Shown: in pieces, positions 1 to 12,348 of the stretch | Position numbering within the stretch: position 1 is the stretch's first letter | Layout: every line of letters starts with the position of its first letter | NCBI GenBank assembly: GCA_037442885.1 | Contig: JBBIPK010000007.1 | Span: forward strand, 4,093 to 68,092 | Reading direction: 5' to 3' | DNA from: Acidobacteriota bacterium | GTDB taxonomy: Bacteria > Acidobacteriota > Terriglobia > Acidiferrales > 2-02-FULL-67-57 | Length of the DNA stretch: 64,000 nt | Notes under the pieces: generated by a model | What the model was told of the DNA's origin: nothing | What the model saw: only the letters and a program-made list of their open reading frames with translations | Database searches by the model: none | Translations under genes and position numbers: made by a program

Positions 1-405
1 CAACTCCCCCGCCTTTCCCCCCTGAATCCGAAACGCCCGAATCGCAGGCTCGCTCACCAGCGAGATGATCACGTAGGCCGCCTCGGGATAGTAGGCGCGC
101 TCGAGGTCCCGCGCCGAGGGAGAGTTGTCGCTCGCCGGATGCGAATGGTAGATGCCCACCAACTCCAGGTTCTCCGCGCGCAGCCGCCGGAAGAGGACGA
201 ACAGCTCTTGCGGTGCAATCTCATAGGCCGTGGAACTGGCAAGCGCATTGACGGCGGGGAGAATGGCCTCGACGCGCTCCCCCTGCCCGCCCAGCAGACC
301 GCAGCACTCCAGCGGCGCCTGCCGCCGCGCCTCTGCCAGCAACTCCTCAGCCAGCGCGCGCGGCAGCATCAGCCGCCCCGCTGTCGTCGCATCGCTGGTA
401 GCCAT
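1..405 (-). CDS. JAB/MPN (M67 family) metallopeptidase, C-terminus runs off the window
   Basis: Manually translated, not in the ORF track: MATSDATTAGRLMLPRALAEELL...ECCGLL...GIYHSHP...PSARDL. JAMM motif E...HxH...S..D. Frame is open to base 1; alternative start at 369. Confidence 0.85.
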   Translation of the reverse strand, partial: MATSDATTAGRLMLPRALAEELLAEARRQAPLECCGLLGGQGERVEAILPAVNALASSTAYEIAPQELFVLFRRLRAENLELVGIYHSHPASDNSPSARDLERAYYPEAAYVIISLVSEPAIRAFRIQGGKAGEL

Positions 406-431
406 TTCAAAACCACAACTTCTGATGCAGT

Positions 432-584
432 GGGGAGGGCACGGCTGGTAGGGCAGGACTTCAGTCCTGCCTGCCGAAGGCACCGTGCCAAAAAAAACAC
501 CAAAAACAAGGGGCTTTTCGGAGCGAGTCCCGAGCTTCGGGACAAGCGGAGAGCCCGCACGTTTGTTGCGGGAAGCCCCTGAGG
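432..584. repeat. REP-doublet element with nested hairpins, homologous to 25860-25923 and 30246-30370
   Basis: GGGAGGGCACGG...CCGTGCC-A-rich spacer-GGGCTTTTC...GCCCCTGAGG, with inner palindromes GGCAGGACTTCAGTCCTGCC and GTCCCGAGCTTCGGGAC. Confidence 0.8.
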
Positions 585-614
585 TTCAACGGAGAACAGA
601 TTAGGCAGCGAGCT

Positions 615-1772
615 CTAGTTCACGCGCAGCCGCCGACGCAGAAACGCCGGTGTGTCGAGGTCGGTTGGCGGTATCGGCGGCACGTCCAGGCCGGCCCCGC
701 TGCTGCCGGGGCCAGCCGGCTTCTTCGCCAGCGGCAGCACGCGCGGCAAACCCAGCCGCACGCCCGCAGCCGGCCCCACCCCGGCCGTTTTTTTCGCCTC
801 GCGGAAGCCGGTCGCGATGACGGTGATCTTCGCCGCGTCCTTCATCCGCGGGTCCTCGACCGCGCCGAAGATGATGTTGGCATCTTCGTGCGCCACCTTC
901 TGAACCAACGAGCAGGCGTCCTCTACCTCCTGCAGCGTCAGGTTCCGCGAGCCGGTGACGTTGACCAGCACCCCGCGCGCGCCTTGAATCGAGCCGTCAT
1001 CCAGCAGCGGACTCGCCACCGCCCGCTGCGCCGCCTCCACCGCGCGCTTCGGTCCGCGCGCCACCGCCATCCCCATCACCCCGTGCCCCATCCCCTGCAT
1101 GATGGCCTTCACGTCGGCAAAGTCGCGGTTCACGATGCCGGGAATGGCGATGATGTCGGTGATGCCCTGCACCGCCTGCCGCAGAATGTCGTCGGCAATC
1201 CGGAAGGCCTCAAAAAAACCGGTGCCCTTCGCTACCGTCGCCAGCAGACGTTCGTTGGGGATGCAAATGACTGTGTCCACACAGGGCACGAGCTCGGAAA
1301 GCCCCTGCTCGGCCTGCACCTGCCGCCGCCGGCCTTCAAACCCGAACGGCTTCGTCACCACTGCCACCGTCAAGGCGCCCAAGTCAGCCGCCAGGCTGGC
1401 GATGATGGGCGCCGCGCCCGTGCCCGTGCCTCCTCCCAGCCCCGCAGTTACGAACACCATGTCGGCGCCTTCCAGCGCCTCCAGCAGCTTCTCGGTGTCT
1501 TCCAGCGCCGCCTGCCGGCCGATCTCGGGATTCGCGCCTGAGCCCAGCCCCTTGGTCAGCTTGGCGCCGAGCTGAATCTTCACTTTCGCTTTCGATTGCT
1601 GCAGCGCCTGCAGGTCGGTGTTGGCGGCCAGGAACTCCACGCCCTCCACCCGCGCCTGAATCATGCGGTTGACCGCGTTGCCGCCGCCCCCGCCGATGCC
1701 CACCACCTTGATGCGCGCCGCGTTCCGCACCCGCTCGCCGTAACTCGTCCTGCGGTTCCTCTCTCGACCCAT
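615..1772 (-). CDS. ftsZ: Cell division GTPase FtsZ
   Basis: [18 protein letters not shown] tubulin signature, C-terminal LDTPAFLRR core. Confidence 0.98.
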   Translation of the reverse strand: MGRERNRRTSYGERVRNAARIKVVGIGGGGGNAVNRMIQARVEGVEFLAANTDLQALQQSKAKVKIQLGAKLTKGLGSGANPEIGRQAALEDTEKLLEALEGADMVFVTAGLGGGTGTGAAPIIASLAADLGALTVAVVTKPFGFEGRRRQVQAEQGLSELVPCVDTVICIPNERLLATVAKGTGFFEAFRIADDILRQAVQGITDIIAIPGIVNRDFADVKAIMQGMGHGVMGMAVARGPKRAVEAAQRAVASPLLDDGSIQGARGVLVNVTGSRNLTLQEVEDACSLVQKVAHEDANIIFGAVEDPRMKDAAKITVIATGFREAKKTAGVGPAAGVRLGLPRVLPLAKKPAGPGSSGAGLDVPPIPPTDLDTPAFLRRRLRVN

Positions 1773-1804
1773 CGTTCGTGTCTCCCTCCTTCTGAGTTCT
1801 GGGC

Positions 1805-3049
1805 TCAGGCCGCCCAGCCTTTCCCGTGGCCGTTTTTCGGCCGCGTCCAGAGATTCTTGAGTCGCCCCAGCATCCCGGCGGGCCGGCGCTGGAGTTGCCG
1901 GATGCGATTCCCGTGCAGCACCAACCCCGCCAGCGTGGCAAAAGCCGGGTCCTTGAGCGGATGCGGTGCCCCGGTCTGCGTCGTCAGACCCAGGATTCCA
2001 CTTGGCTTCCCGACCCGCGCTGGCATCTGAAAGATCTGCTCCGCCAACTCTGCCAATGACTCCAGTTGCGCGCCCCCGCCGGTCAACACCACGCCGCCGC
2101 CCAGCGGGCGCTCGTTGCCACTGCGCAGCAGGTCGGCGCGTACCAGCGCCAGCAACTCCGCCGCCCGCGCCTCGATAATTTCTGCCAGCGCCCGCCGCGA
2201 CACCACGCGCCCGCCGGTCACCTCCAGCAGACTTTCCTCCCGCAGCCAGCGCCGCCCCGCGCAGCCATACACCCGCTTCAGCCGCTCCGCCTCCCAGAGC
2301 GGCGTGCGCAGCCCGACCGCGATATCCTGGGTGAAATGCTCTCCACCCACCGGCACCACGCCCGTCGCCCGCGGGGCGTTCTGCGCCACCACCATCCAGT
2401 CCGTGGTGCCGCCCCCAATGTCCACCACCAGCACGCCCAACTCGCGTTCATCCGCGCTCAGGCAGGCCTCGGCGCTCGCCAGCGGCTCGAGCACCGTGTC
2501 GGCCACCAGCACGCCCGCGTGGTTCACCGCCCCCACCAGATTCTGCGTTGCCAACGCGTCCGAGGTCACGATGTGCACGTTCACTTCCAGCTTCCTGCCC
2601 AGCATCCCCACCGGATCGCGCAAGCCCTCCTGCTGGTCGAGAAAGAACTCCTGCGGCAAGACGTGCAGGACTTCTCTCCCCTCCGGCAGATTGACTCCCC
2701 GCGCGGCCTCGATCGCGCGCCGCACGTCCTCCAGCGTCACCGTGCGCGGCCGGTGGCCCAGCACAATCCCCCCGTGGCTGTTGAGGCCCTTGATGTGGCT
2801 GCCGGAGACTCCGATCAGCGCGTTCTCCAGCGACACGCCCGCCTGCGTCTCCGCGGCTTCCACCGCCTGCCGGATCGCTCCCACTGCCGCCTCCAGGCTC
2901 ACCAGCACGCCCTTGCGAAATCCCTTCGACTCGGCCACGCCCAGCCCCCGCAACTGCACCTGCCCGGCCTCATCCCCTTCGCACAGGATCGCCGAAACCT
3001 TGCTGCTGCCCAGGTCCAGGGCTGCGAGGTAGTGTTCGGGCTGGGTCAT
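1805..3049 (-). CDS. ftsA: Cell division protein FtsA
   Basis: LDLGSSK and VDIGGGTT actin-like motifs; start at MTQPEH overlaps the ftsQ stop (ATGA). Confidence 0.96.
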   Translation of the reverse strand: MTQPEHYLAALDLGSSKVSAILCEGDEAGQVQLRGLGVAESKGFRKGVLVSLEAAVGAIRQAVEAAETQAGVSLENALIGVSGSHIKGLNSHGGIVLGHRPRTVTLEDVRRAIEAARGVNLPEGREVLHVLPQEFFLDQQEGLRDPVGMLGRKLEVNVHIVTSDALATQNLVGAVNHAGVLVADTVLEPLASAEACLSADERELGVLVVDIGGGTTDWMVVAQNAPRATGVVPVGGEHFTQDIAVGLRTPLWEAERLKRVYGCAGRRWLREESLLEVTGGRVVSRRALAEIIEARAAELLALVRADLLRSGNERPLGGGVVLTGGGAQLESLAELAEQIFQMPARVGKPSGILGLTTQTGAPHPLKDPAFATLAGLVLHGNRIRQLQRRPAGMLGRLKNLWTRPKNGHGKGWAA

Positions 3050-3927
3050 CGCGTACGGCTCCGCGGCGCAGCCTCTATCTCCGGGTTCAACACCAGTTGG
3101 CCGCGATAGCGCAGGTCCACCGAATGAACGACTTCGCCGGTTTGCTGCCACAGCGGACGGTGCTTGCGGTAGGCCTCGTACTTTTCGCGATAGCGGTCGC
3201 GCCCGAAATGCAGCAGCACCGCCGCGCCTTTCTCCACCACGGTGGCCCGCAGGTTCTCCGTGTCGCTCAGATCCACCTCCGAGATTTCGTCGCTGTAGGC
3301 TCGCTCGCCGGCATCGAGGTCGCGGATGAACTCCTCGTAGAGCTGCAGCCGCGCCCGCCGTTCCTCCCGCTCCATCCCTGCGTGGATTCCCGTAACGACC
3401 GGGAAAGTGAAGCTCCCCGCTTCTGGCCGCTCCAGCAGCACCCCCTCACCATCAACGAGCAGGAGCTGGCTTCCTTGCCGCACGAACGCCACCGGCGTGC
3501 GTTCCTCCACCACCACTCGCAGGCGATTCGGCAGCAGCCGTTGCACGCGCGCTCGCGCGACCCAGGGAATCTCCTCCACCGCTCGCCGCCGCGCCTCCAG
3601 CGGAATCCAGAGGACGCTGCGGCCAGCATCCCCGGCGAAGCGGTCCCGCACCTGCGTCGCCGACGCATACCTGAGGTTGAGGACTTCTACAGCCGAGCTG
3701 TCCCACAGGCGGAAGCGGGGCGACGTGTGGAGGGAGCGAAACCCGGCATAGAACGTCGCCCCTAACGCCATCAGTACCGCGGCTCCAGCCACGAGTCGCG
3801 GCCAGCGGTCCAGCAGTTGCCGCCACACGCCGCGCCGCCGCACTGCTGGCCTCCGCGGCGGCCGCAGGTAGCGGGTCGGCGGCTCTGCTGCCAGCTCCTC
3901 CAGTTGCTCCCTCTCCTGGTACGTCAC
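3046..3927 (-). CDS. ftsQ: Cell division protein FtsQ/DivIB
   Basis: One TM helix, POTRA-like region (WV..ARVQRLLPNRLRVVVEERTPVA), C-terminal VDLRY; position in dcw. Confidence 0.9.
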   Translation of the reverse strand: MTYQEREQLEELAAEPPTRYLRPPRRPAVRRRGVWRQLLDRWPRLVAGAAVLMALGATFYAGFRSLHTSPRFRLWDSSAVEVLNLRYASATQVRDRFAGDAGRSVLWIPLEARRRAVEEIPWVARARVQRLLPNRLRVVVEERTPVAFVRQGSQLLLVDGEGVLLERPEAGSFTFPVVTGIHAGMEREERRARLQLYEEFIRDLDAGERAYSDEISEVDLSDTENLRATVVEKGAAVLLHFGRDRYREKYEAYRKHRPLWQQTGEVVHSVDLRYRGQLVLNPEIEAAPRSRTR

Positions 3928-4824
3928 GCGCCGTTGCTCCAGAGGATGACTTCGTTCTCCAGGTCCACTCCAAACGACTGTCGGACGCGCCTCCGCACCT
4001 CCTCCAACAGGACGAAGAAATCATCGGCCGTGGCCCCGTGGCGGTTCACGAAGAAGTTGGCGTGCCGCTCGGACACCACCGCCCCGCCCCGCCGATGCCC
4101 TTTCAACCCCAGCTCGTCAATCATCCGCCCCGCTGAACCTCCCGGCGGGTTCTTGAAGATGCAGCCCGCGCTCTTCTCATTGAGCGGCTGCGACGCGCGC
4201 CGCTTCTCGTTGCACATGCGGATGGCCGCGCGAATCTCCTCGTAGGGCCGCTCCGGCAACTGCAGCTCACATCCCAGCAGGATGTCTTCCGGCGCGAAGG
4301 AGCTGTGGCGGTACTGGAAGGAAACCTGGCTCATTGGGACGCGCACAATCTCCCCGCGCGCAGCCTGGAACAAGCTGACTGACTGCACGAACTGGCTGAT
4401 CTCGGTTCCATACGCGCCCGCGTTCATCCGCAACGCTCCCCCCACCGTTCCCGGCACGCCGATCAACCCTTCCATTCCGCCCAAGTTCCGGCGCGCGCAT
4501 TCCGTCACCGTGCGCCCCAGGTCCGCCGCCGCATCCACTTCCACGCGATTGCCGTCGAACCGCGCACCGGCCTGCTTCGAAGAGAGCTGCAGGACGAGGT
4601 AGGGCAGCTCTCCGTCAGGCACCAGGAGGTTTGTCCCTCCGCCCAGCAGCCGCCATGGCAGGCCTTCCCCGCGCAGCCATCCGAGGAGCTCGGGGAGCCG
4701 CCGCGCGTCCTCCACGATCAGCATGTCGGTTGTCCCGCCCACGCCAAGCGACGTCCAGTTCGCCAGCCGCTCCCCGGGGCGGTGCTCCACTCCCAGCTCC
4801 CGCAGCCTCGATTGTGCCTGGGGT

Positions 4825-4835
<11 letters not shown>
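3924..4835 (-). CDS. murB: UDP-N-acetylenolpyruvoylglucosamine reductase MurB
   Basis: [17 protein letters not shown]-like [25 protein letters not shown]. Confidence 0.96.
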
Positions 4836-6233
<1,398 letters not shown>

Positions 6234-6237
<4 letters not shown>

Positions 6238-7298
6238 CGGGCCACACTCTCAATCAAGCCGGCAATGCGTTCGGCTGCGTCGAGAACCGCGAAAGCGCGC
6301 ACGCGGCTCTCCATCGCCGCGAGTTGCTCGGGTCGCCGGAACAGGTCGAGAACGGCCTCGGCCAGCCGCGCTGCGGTCAACTCCCTCTGCTCCAGCACCC
6401 GGGCCGCACCGGCCCGCGCCAGCAGCTCCGCGTTCCGCGCTTGATGCCCGGCCGCATGCGGATAAGGAATCAGGAGCGCAGCCTTGCCGGCGGCGGCCAA
6501 CTCGGCCAGGGTGCTGGCGCCCGCCCGGCAGATGACCAGGTCGGCCTGGGCAAAGCTGTCGGCCATGGTGTCAATGAAGACCCGCACGTCGGCGCACACC
6601 CCGCGCCGCGCATAGGCCGTGCGCACCGCGTCGAAATCCCGCTGCCCGGTCTGATGAATGAACCGCAGCTCCAGACCCGAGGCGCCGAGCGCCTCCAGGC
6701 TCTCCACTACCGCGGCGTTGATCGCCAGCGCCCCCTGGCTGCCGCCGAAGATGAGCAGCGTGAACGGTGGCTCGTGTTTCTTTTCCCGCACGCGGAAGAA
6801 CTCCGCCCGCGCCGGCATCCCGGTCCGAACCGCGCGGTTGCCGAAATAATTGAGTGTCGCTTCGTAGGCCACGGCTACGCGTGTCGCCAACGGCGCGAGC
6901 GCCCGGTTTGCCAGCCCCGGCTCAGCGTTCGGCTCAAACAAAACGATGGGGCAGTGATGCAGCCGCGCCGCCAACACCGCCCCCGCCGAGGCATAGCCGC
7001 CGATGCTGAACACCACATTCGGGTCGAGTTTCCGAATCAGGCGCTTCGAGGCCAGCATGGCTTGCCCCAGCAACCACAGGCTCCGGGCTTTCTCTCCCCA
7101 GCCCGCTCCCCGAAAGCCCCGCGCCGCAATCGTGTGCAGCGGATAGCCCGCTGCTGGCACCGCCTGCGCCTCCACGCCCTTCTCCGTCCCGAGGAACGTA
7201 ATCTCGCGACCTGAATTGCGCGTTCGCAGCGCTGCGGCCACCGCCAGCGCGGGGAACACGTGCCCGCCGGTCCCGCCGCCCACCATCATCACGCGCAT
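6234..7298 (-). CDS. murG: Undecaprenyl-PP-MurNAc-pentapeptide GlcNAc transferase MurG
   Basis: [28 protein letters not shown]. Confidence 0.97.
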
Positions 7299-7313
7299 CG
7301 CCTCACAACCATC

Positions 7314-8405
7314 TCAGTCCACGAACTGACTCAAGTTCAACAGCAACCCGGTTCCCAGCATCATCACCAACAGGCTGGTGCCGCCGTAGCTGATGAACGG
7401 CAGCGGAATGCCCTTGGTAGGCAGCAACCCGAGCACCACGCTGGTGTTGATGAGCGCCTGCCCGATGACCATCGTCGTCACGCCAATGGCGAGCAGGCGG
7501 GCGAAATTGTCCGGCGCCTGCGCGGCAATGCGCAGCCCCCGCCAGCAGAACATACCGAACAGTACCACCACCAACCCCGCGCCCAGCAGCCCTAGCTCCT
7601 CGCCGACCACCGCAAACACAAAATCCGTGTGCGCCTCGGGCAGGTAGAAGAGCTTCTGCTTGCCGTCCATCAACCCCACGCCGGTCACGCCTCCCGAGCC
7701 GACCGCCAGCAGCGACTGCAGCATCTGGAAGCCACTGCCCCGTGGGTCGGTGGAAGGATCCAGAAACGCCCGGATGCGTTCCAGCCGGTAGGGGACGCGC
7801 ACAATCAGCAAGTAGGCGGCCGGCAACGTGGCCAGCGCGAGATAGGCGAAATAGCGCCACTGCAAACCGGCAATGAAAAACATCGAACCCGCAATCAAGG
7901 CCAGCGACGCCGCCGTCCCGAAATCCGGCTCAATCAGAACCAGCCCGACGAACACGCTGACAATGCCCAGCGCCGGCAACAGCGTCCCGTAGGGGTCGTT
8001 CACCGCCCGCCGGCGCCGATCGAGAAAGTAGGCCAGGAAAAGAATCAACACCGGCTTGGCCAGCTCCGACGGCTGCAGCGACAGCGCTCCCCAGCGGATC
8101 CAGCGGTGCGTCTGCCGCGACGCATCCAGAAACAGCACCGCCACCAGCAACGCCACCACCACAAAGATGGCGGTGAAGATGGCCACCGGCTGCCGCAGCC
8201 GGCGATAGTCGAGATTCATCACGCCCACCAAGGCCGCCCCGCCAACCGCCAGCCAGGCGAGTTGCCGCCAGAGCAGCGCCGTGGGACTGCCCAGGTGCTC
8301 GCGTGCGTAGATGGCCGAGGCGCTGAACACCATCACAATGCCCAGCGTCAGCAGGGCCAGCAGCGTTCCCAGCAGCACGCGGTCGAGTTCAAGACGCTTG
8401 GCCAC
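7314..8405 (-). CDS. ftsW: SEDS peptidoglycan polymerase FtsW
   Basis: Multi-TM; QPSELAK, PEAHTDF, KGIPLPFISYGG. Confidence 0.96.
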   Translation of the reverse strand: MAKRLELDRVLLGTLLALLTLGIVMVFSASAIYAREHLGSPTALLWRQLAWLAVGGAALVGVMNLDYRRLRQPVAIFTAIFVVVALLVAVLFLDASRQTHRWIRWGALSLQPSELAKPVLILFLAYFLDRRRRAVNDPYGTLLPALGIVSVFVGLVLIEPDFGTAASLALIAGSMFFIAGLQWRYFAYLALATLPAAYLLIVRVPYRLERIRAFLDPSTDPRGSGFQMLQSLLAVGSGGVTGVGLMDGKQKLFYLPEAHTDFVFAVVGEELGLLGAGLVVVLFGMFCWRGLRIAAQAPDNFARLLAIGVTTMVIGQALINTSVVLGLLPTKGIPLPFISYGGTSLLVMMLGTGLLLNLSQFVD

Positions 8406-9774
8406 GTTTGGCTCCCGAGTGCACCGCTGCGAGTTTCCTCACTTCCTCTTTGAACACACGGCCGCGGTGCTCGAAATTTTCAAACTGGTCAAAGCTCGCG
8501 CAAGCCGGCGCCAGCAACACCGTGTCGCCCGCGCGGGCCAGCTCAGCGGCGCGCACAACCGCTTCCGGCAGCGTCTCGACCTGCTCGAACGGCAAACCAT
8601 TGCGAAGCGCAGCAGCGAGCTTCTCCCGCGTTGCTCCGATGAGCAGCGCGCAGCGCGCCCGCCCGGCCAGCGCCTCCCGCAGCGGCGCAAAGTCGCTGCC
8701 CTTATCCTTTCCCCCCAGAATGACGATCAAGTTCCCGGGAAAGGCGGCAATGGCCTTCAGAGCCGCATCCACGTTCGTGGCCTTCGAATCGTTGTAGTAC
8801 GCCACCCCGTCAATCTCCGCCACAAACTCCAGCCGGTGCTCGACCCCTTCAAAGCTCGCCACTGCCCGATGAATCACATCCGCAGACACACCCAGCAGGC
8901 TGGCGGCGCACACAGCAGCCAGGACGTTCTCCAGGTTGTGGAGGCCCTTAAGCTGAATGACGCTCTGCGGCAGCACGCGCTCCCGCCGCGCACCCTGCAC
9001 GAAGACGATCCAGTCGCCTTCCAGGTACGCGCCGGCATCCAGCCGCCGCTGGCGGCTGAACCAGAAGCGTTGCGCCTGTACCGCCGGGGCCAGCGCCGCC
9101 GAGCCGGGATCATCGGCATTGAAGACCGCAAAGTCGTCCTCGTGCTGGTAGCCGAATAGGCGTGCCTTGGCGGCAATGTAGTCATCCATCGAGGCGTGCC
9201 GGTCGAGGTGATCGGGAGTGATGTTCAACAGCGCCGCCACTCGCGGACGGAAGCTGGAAATGGCCTCCAACTGAAAGCTGCTGACTTCCAGCACAACCGT
9301 GGCCGCCTCGCTCGCCGCCTCGACCAGCGTGATCGCCGGCGTGCCGATGTTGCCGCCCACCAGCGTCGGCCGACCGGAATCGGAAAAGATTTTCCCCAGC
9401 AACGCCGTAGTCGTGGTCTTGCCGTTCGAACCGGTAATGGCCACCACGCTTCCCCGCAGGAACCGCCAGGCCAACTCCAGTTCGCTCAAGATTTCGATTC
9501 CCTTCCGGCGAGCCGCTTCGAGCGGCGGCAGGTTCAAGGGCACGCCGGGACTCGGCACGATGAAGTCTGCTCGCAAGAACGTGGCTTCCCGGTGGCCGCC
9601 GGTCTCCAATTCGACGCCGAGCGGCCGCAGACGCTCGCTGTACTCGGCCACCTGCTCGCCCGGTTTCTGCTCGCTGACGGTGACACGGGCACCCCGCCGG
9701 GCCAAGAATTCCGCCGCCGCCACACCCGTCCGCGCCAAGCCGACCACGAGCGCGCGTTTGCCTTTCACGTCCAT
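8389..9774 (-). CDS. murD: UDP-MurNAc-L-Ala--D-Glu ligase MurD
   Basis: GSNGKTTT, EVSSFQL, HLDRH, DSKATN, PACASFDQF. Confidence 0.97.
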   Translation of the reverse strand: MDVKGKRALVVGLARTGVAAAEFLARRGARVTVSEQKPGEQVAEYSERLRPLGVELETGGHREATFLRADFIVPSPGVPLNLPPLEAARRKGIEILSELELAWRFLRGSVVAITGSNGKTTTTALLGKIFSDSGRPTLVGGNIGTPAITLVEAASEAATVVLEVSSFQLEAISSFRPRVAALLNITPDHLDRHASMDDYIAAKARLFGYQHEDDFAVFNADDPGSAALAPAVQAQRFWFSRQRRLDAGAYLEGDWIVFVQGARRERVLPQSVIQLKGLHNLENVLAAVCAASLLGVSADVIHRAVASFEGVEHRLEFVAEIDGVAYYNDSKATNVDAALKAIAAFPGNLIVILGGKDKGSDFAPLREALAGRARCALLIGATREKLAAALRNGLPFEQVETLPEAVVRAAELARAGDTVLLAPACASFDQFENFEHRGRVFKEEVRKLAAVHSGAKRGQAS

Positions 9775-10901
9775 CAGCGCAGCTTCAGCGTGCTCAGAGA
9801 AAACAACGCAAACACCACCGCCGCAATCCAGAAGCGGGCGATGATTTTCGACTCCGTCCAGCCCTTCAGCTCAAAGTGGTGGTGGAGCGGCGCCATCAAA
9901 AAAATCCGCTTGCCGCGCAGCTTGTAGGAGGCAACCTGCGCCATCACCGAGAGCGCCTCAATCACAAACACCCCGCCGATGAAGAAGAGCAGGATTTCCT
10001 GCTTGATGATGATGGCCACGGTGGCGATGGCTCCGCCCAGGGCGAGCGAGCCGACATCGCCCATGAACACTTCCGCCGGATGGGCGTTGTACCAGAGAAA
10101 GCCCAGGCTGGCGCCGGCCAGCGCGCCGCAGAAAATCGTCAGCTCGGCCACCTGCGGCATCTTGGCCAGATCCAGATATTCGGCGAAACGCGCGTGGCCG
10201 CTGATGTACGTCAAGGCGGTCAAGGCGCCGGCCGCGATGGCCACGCAGCCAATGGCCAGCCCATCGAGCCCGTCGGTGAGGTTCACGGCGTTGGACGAGC
10301 CGACCAGGACAGAAGCGATGAAAAGCAGGAAGGGAGCGACCGCCAGCGGGAAGCTGTACCAGCCGTTGAAGAGACTGTCAATGACCGGGTCGGGCCGGAG
10401 GTTCTTGAAGAAGGGAAACAGAATCTCGGTCGAGTACAAGCCGTCGCGCATGAGCAGCAGGGTAAGCCCGATGATGACCGCCACCACGATTTGCAGGCCG
10501 AACTTCCGCCCCGCCCGCATACCCAAGTTTTGCTGGCGCGTAATCTTGAGGTAGTCGTCGGCAAACCCGATCCCCCCGTAGGCCAGCAGCGCAAACAGGG
10601 CAATCCAGACAAACGGGTTCCGCAAGTTGGCCCACAGCAGGGTTGCGGCCACGACGGCGGTGAGGATGAGCAGCCCGCCCATCGTCGGCGTCCCCGCCTT
10701 GGCGCGGTGCGCCGCCACGTCCTCGTGCACGAACTGGTGGATCTGAAACTCCCGCAACCGCCGGATGAACCACGGCCCGAGAATGAGCGAGAGCACTAGC
10801 GCCGTCAGGCCGGCGAAGGCCGTCCGCACGGTGATGTAGCGGAAGACGTTGAGCGGGCTGAAGTAGGGCTGCAGCCAGAGATAGAGGACGTCGTAGAGCA
10901 T
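9774..10901 (-). CDS. mraY: Phospho-MurNAc-pentapeptide transferase MraY
   Basis: TPTMGG, DDY, NLTDGLDGL, FMGDVGS, APLHHHFE; start MLYDVL overlaps the murF stop. Confidence 0.97.
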   Translation of the reverse strand: MLYDVLYLWLQPYFSPLNVFRYITVRTAFAGLTALVLSLILGPWFIRRLREFQIHQFVHEDVAAHRAKAGTPTMGGLLILTAVVAATLLWANLRNPFVWIALFALLAYGGIGFADDYLKITRQQNLGMRAGRKFGLQIVVAVIIGLTLLLMRDGLYSTEILFPFFKNLRPDPVIDSLFNGWYSFPLAVAPFLLFIASVLVGSSNAVNLTDGLDGLAIGCVAIAAGALTALTYISGHARFAEYLDLAKMPQVAELTIFCGALAGASLGFLWYNAHPAEVFMGDVGSLALGGAIATVAIIIKQEILLFFIGGVFVIEALSVMAQVASYKLRGKRIFLMAPLHHHFELKGWTESKIIARFWIAAVVFALFSLSTLKLR

Positions 10902-12343
10902 CAGTGCGCCTTCACCGCCGGGGCCGGGACTTCGAGAGGAAACCGTGCGCAGAAGGCATCGACCAGCGTCTCCAGCGCGATTGCCCGGGAAGCTTTGAGG
11001 AGAATCAGGTCGCCCTCGCGCACGCTGGCGCAGAGCCACTCGGTGGCTTCTTCTTTGGTTTCAAAAAACAGGGTTCGGGCCGCAGGCATGCCCGCGCGGC
11101 GTGCGCCCGCCACCAGCTCCGCCGCCAGCCCCGTGACCCCGACCAGGATGTCAACGTTGCCGAGTCGCGCGATCAGTTCGCCCGTCTCCTGATGCAAGGC
11201 CGGGCTGGTCTCCCCCAGCTCGCGCATCTCGCCCAGGACGAGAATCCGCCGCTTGGCGCTGCGTGTGCGGCTGATGGCTTCGGCCATCGCGGCCACGGCT
11301 CGCGGGTTCGCGTTGTAGGCATCATTGATGACCGTAAAGCCTTCCCCGCCGCTTGGAGCGGAAAAGCGGAGCCGCTGGCCGCGCAGTGCTGGTGCCTCCA
11401 GACGAGAAAAAACCTCCGCTGCCGCCTTGAGGCTGATCTCGAACTGGCTGGCGGCGGCGAATGCAGCCAGCGCATTCGCAACGTTGTGCCGCCCGATGAG
11501 CGGCAACCGAATGCGCTGCCGCTGGCCCCCGCTCAGCAGGTCAAACTCGCTCCCCTCGCAGCCGGAGTCGGCAACCTTCGCCGCGCGCACATCTGCCTCG
11601 TCCGCTAACCCAAAAAAAACTACCCGACCGTTGAATTGCTCACCGAAGCGCCGCACGTGTCCATCGTCGGCGTTGAGCACCGCCGTCGCCGGCTCCCGCA
11701 GGCCTTGAATCAGCTCGCGCTTGGCCTCGGCGATCTCCTCCACGGAGGAAAAGAATTCCAGGTGCACCGGATTGACGTTCGTGACCACGCCCAGGTTCGG
11801 CTCCGCCACCGCGCAGAGCTTGGCGATTTCGCCCGGGTGGGTCATCGCCAGCTCGACCACCGCCAATTCTGTGTCCGCCTGCAGGCGCAGCAGCGTCAGC
11901 GGCAGGCCAAACTCATTGTTGTAGTTGCCTTCGGACTTCAGCACCTGGTAACGGCGGGCCAGCAGCGCCGCCAGCATCTCCTTAGTCGTGGTCTTGCCGG
12001 TGCTCCCGGTGACGGCGAGCACGGGACGATTCCAGGCGCGGCGCGCAAAGCGTGCCAACTCCTGCAACGCTTGGAACGTATCGGCCACGCGCAGCAGCCG
12101 GTCGCTGAGCGCGCCGGAGCCCTGGGAAGGAAGTTGCTCGCTGACAACCGCGCCCACGGCCCCGCGGTCAAAGGCCTCCCCGACAAACCGATGGCCATCG
12201 TGCCGTGGCCCCCGGATGGCAAAGAAAACCTCGCCGGGCTTGATTGTGCGCGAATCGATGGAAAAGCCAGCCACGAGTTCCCCGGGGAGCTTCGGGGGTG
12301 CGGCGCGCAGGACGTCGCCGATTTTTCCCAGCGTCCACTGCAT
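10901..12343 (-). CDS. murF: UDP-MurNAc-tripeptide--D-Ala-D-Ala ligase MurF
   Basis: [40 protein letters not shown]. Confidence 0.96.
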   Translation of the reverse strand: MQWTLGKIGDVLRAAPPKLPGELVAGFSIDSRTIKPGEVFFAIRGPRHDGHRFVGEAFDRGAVGAVVSEQLPSQGSGALSDRLLRVADTFQALQELARFARRAWNRPVLAVTGSTGKTTTKEMLAALLARRYQVLKSEGNYNNEFGLPLTLLRLQADTELAVVELAMTHPGEIAKLCAVAEPNLGVVTNVNPVHLEFFSSVEEIAEAKRELIQGLREPATAVLNADDGHVRRFGEQFNGRVVFFGLADEADVRAAKVADSGCEGSEFDLLSGGQRQRIRLPLIGRHNVANALAAFAAASQFEISLKAAAEVFSRLEAPALRGQRLRFSAPSGGEGFTVINDAYNANPRAVAAMAEAISRTRSAKRRILVLGEMRELGETSPALHQETGELIARLGNVDILVGVTGLAAELVAGARRAGMPAARTLFFETKEEATEWLCASVREGDLILLKASRAIALETLVDAFCARFPLEVPAPAVKAH

Positions 12344-12348
12344 CGGCC

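Noticed and set aside
3900-3950. Absence of ddl between murB and ftsQ
   Set aside because: ddl is often located outside dcw; not informative from one window.
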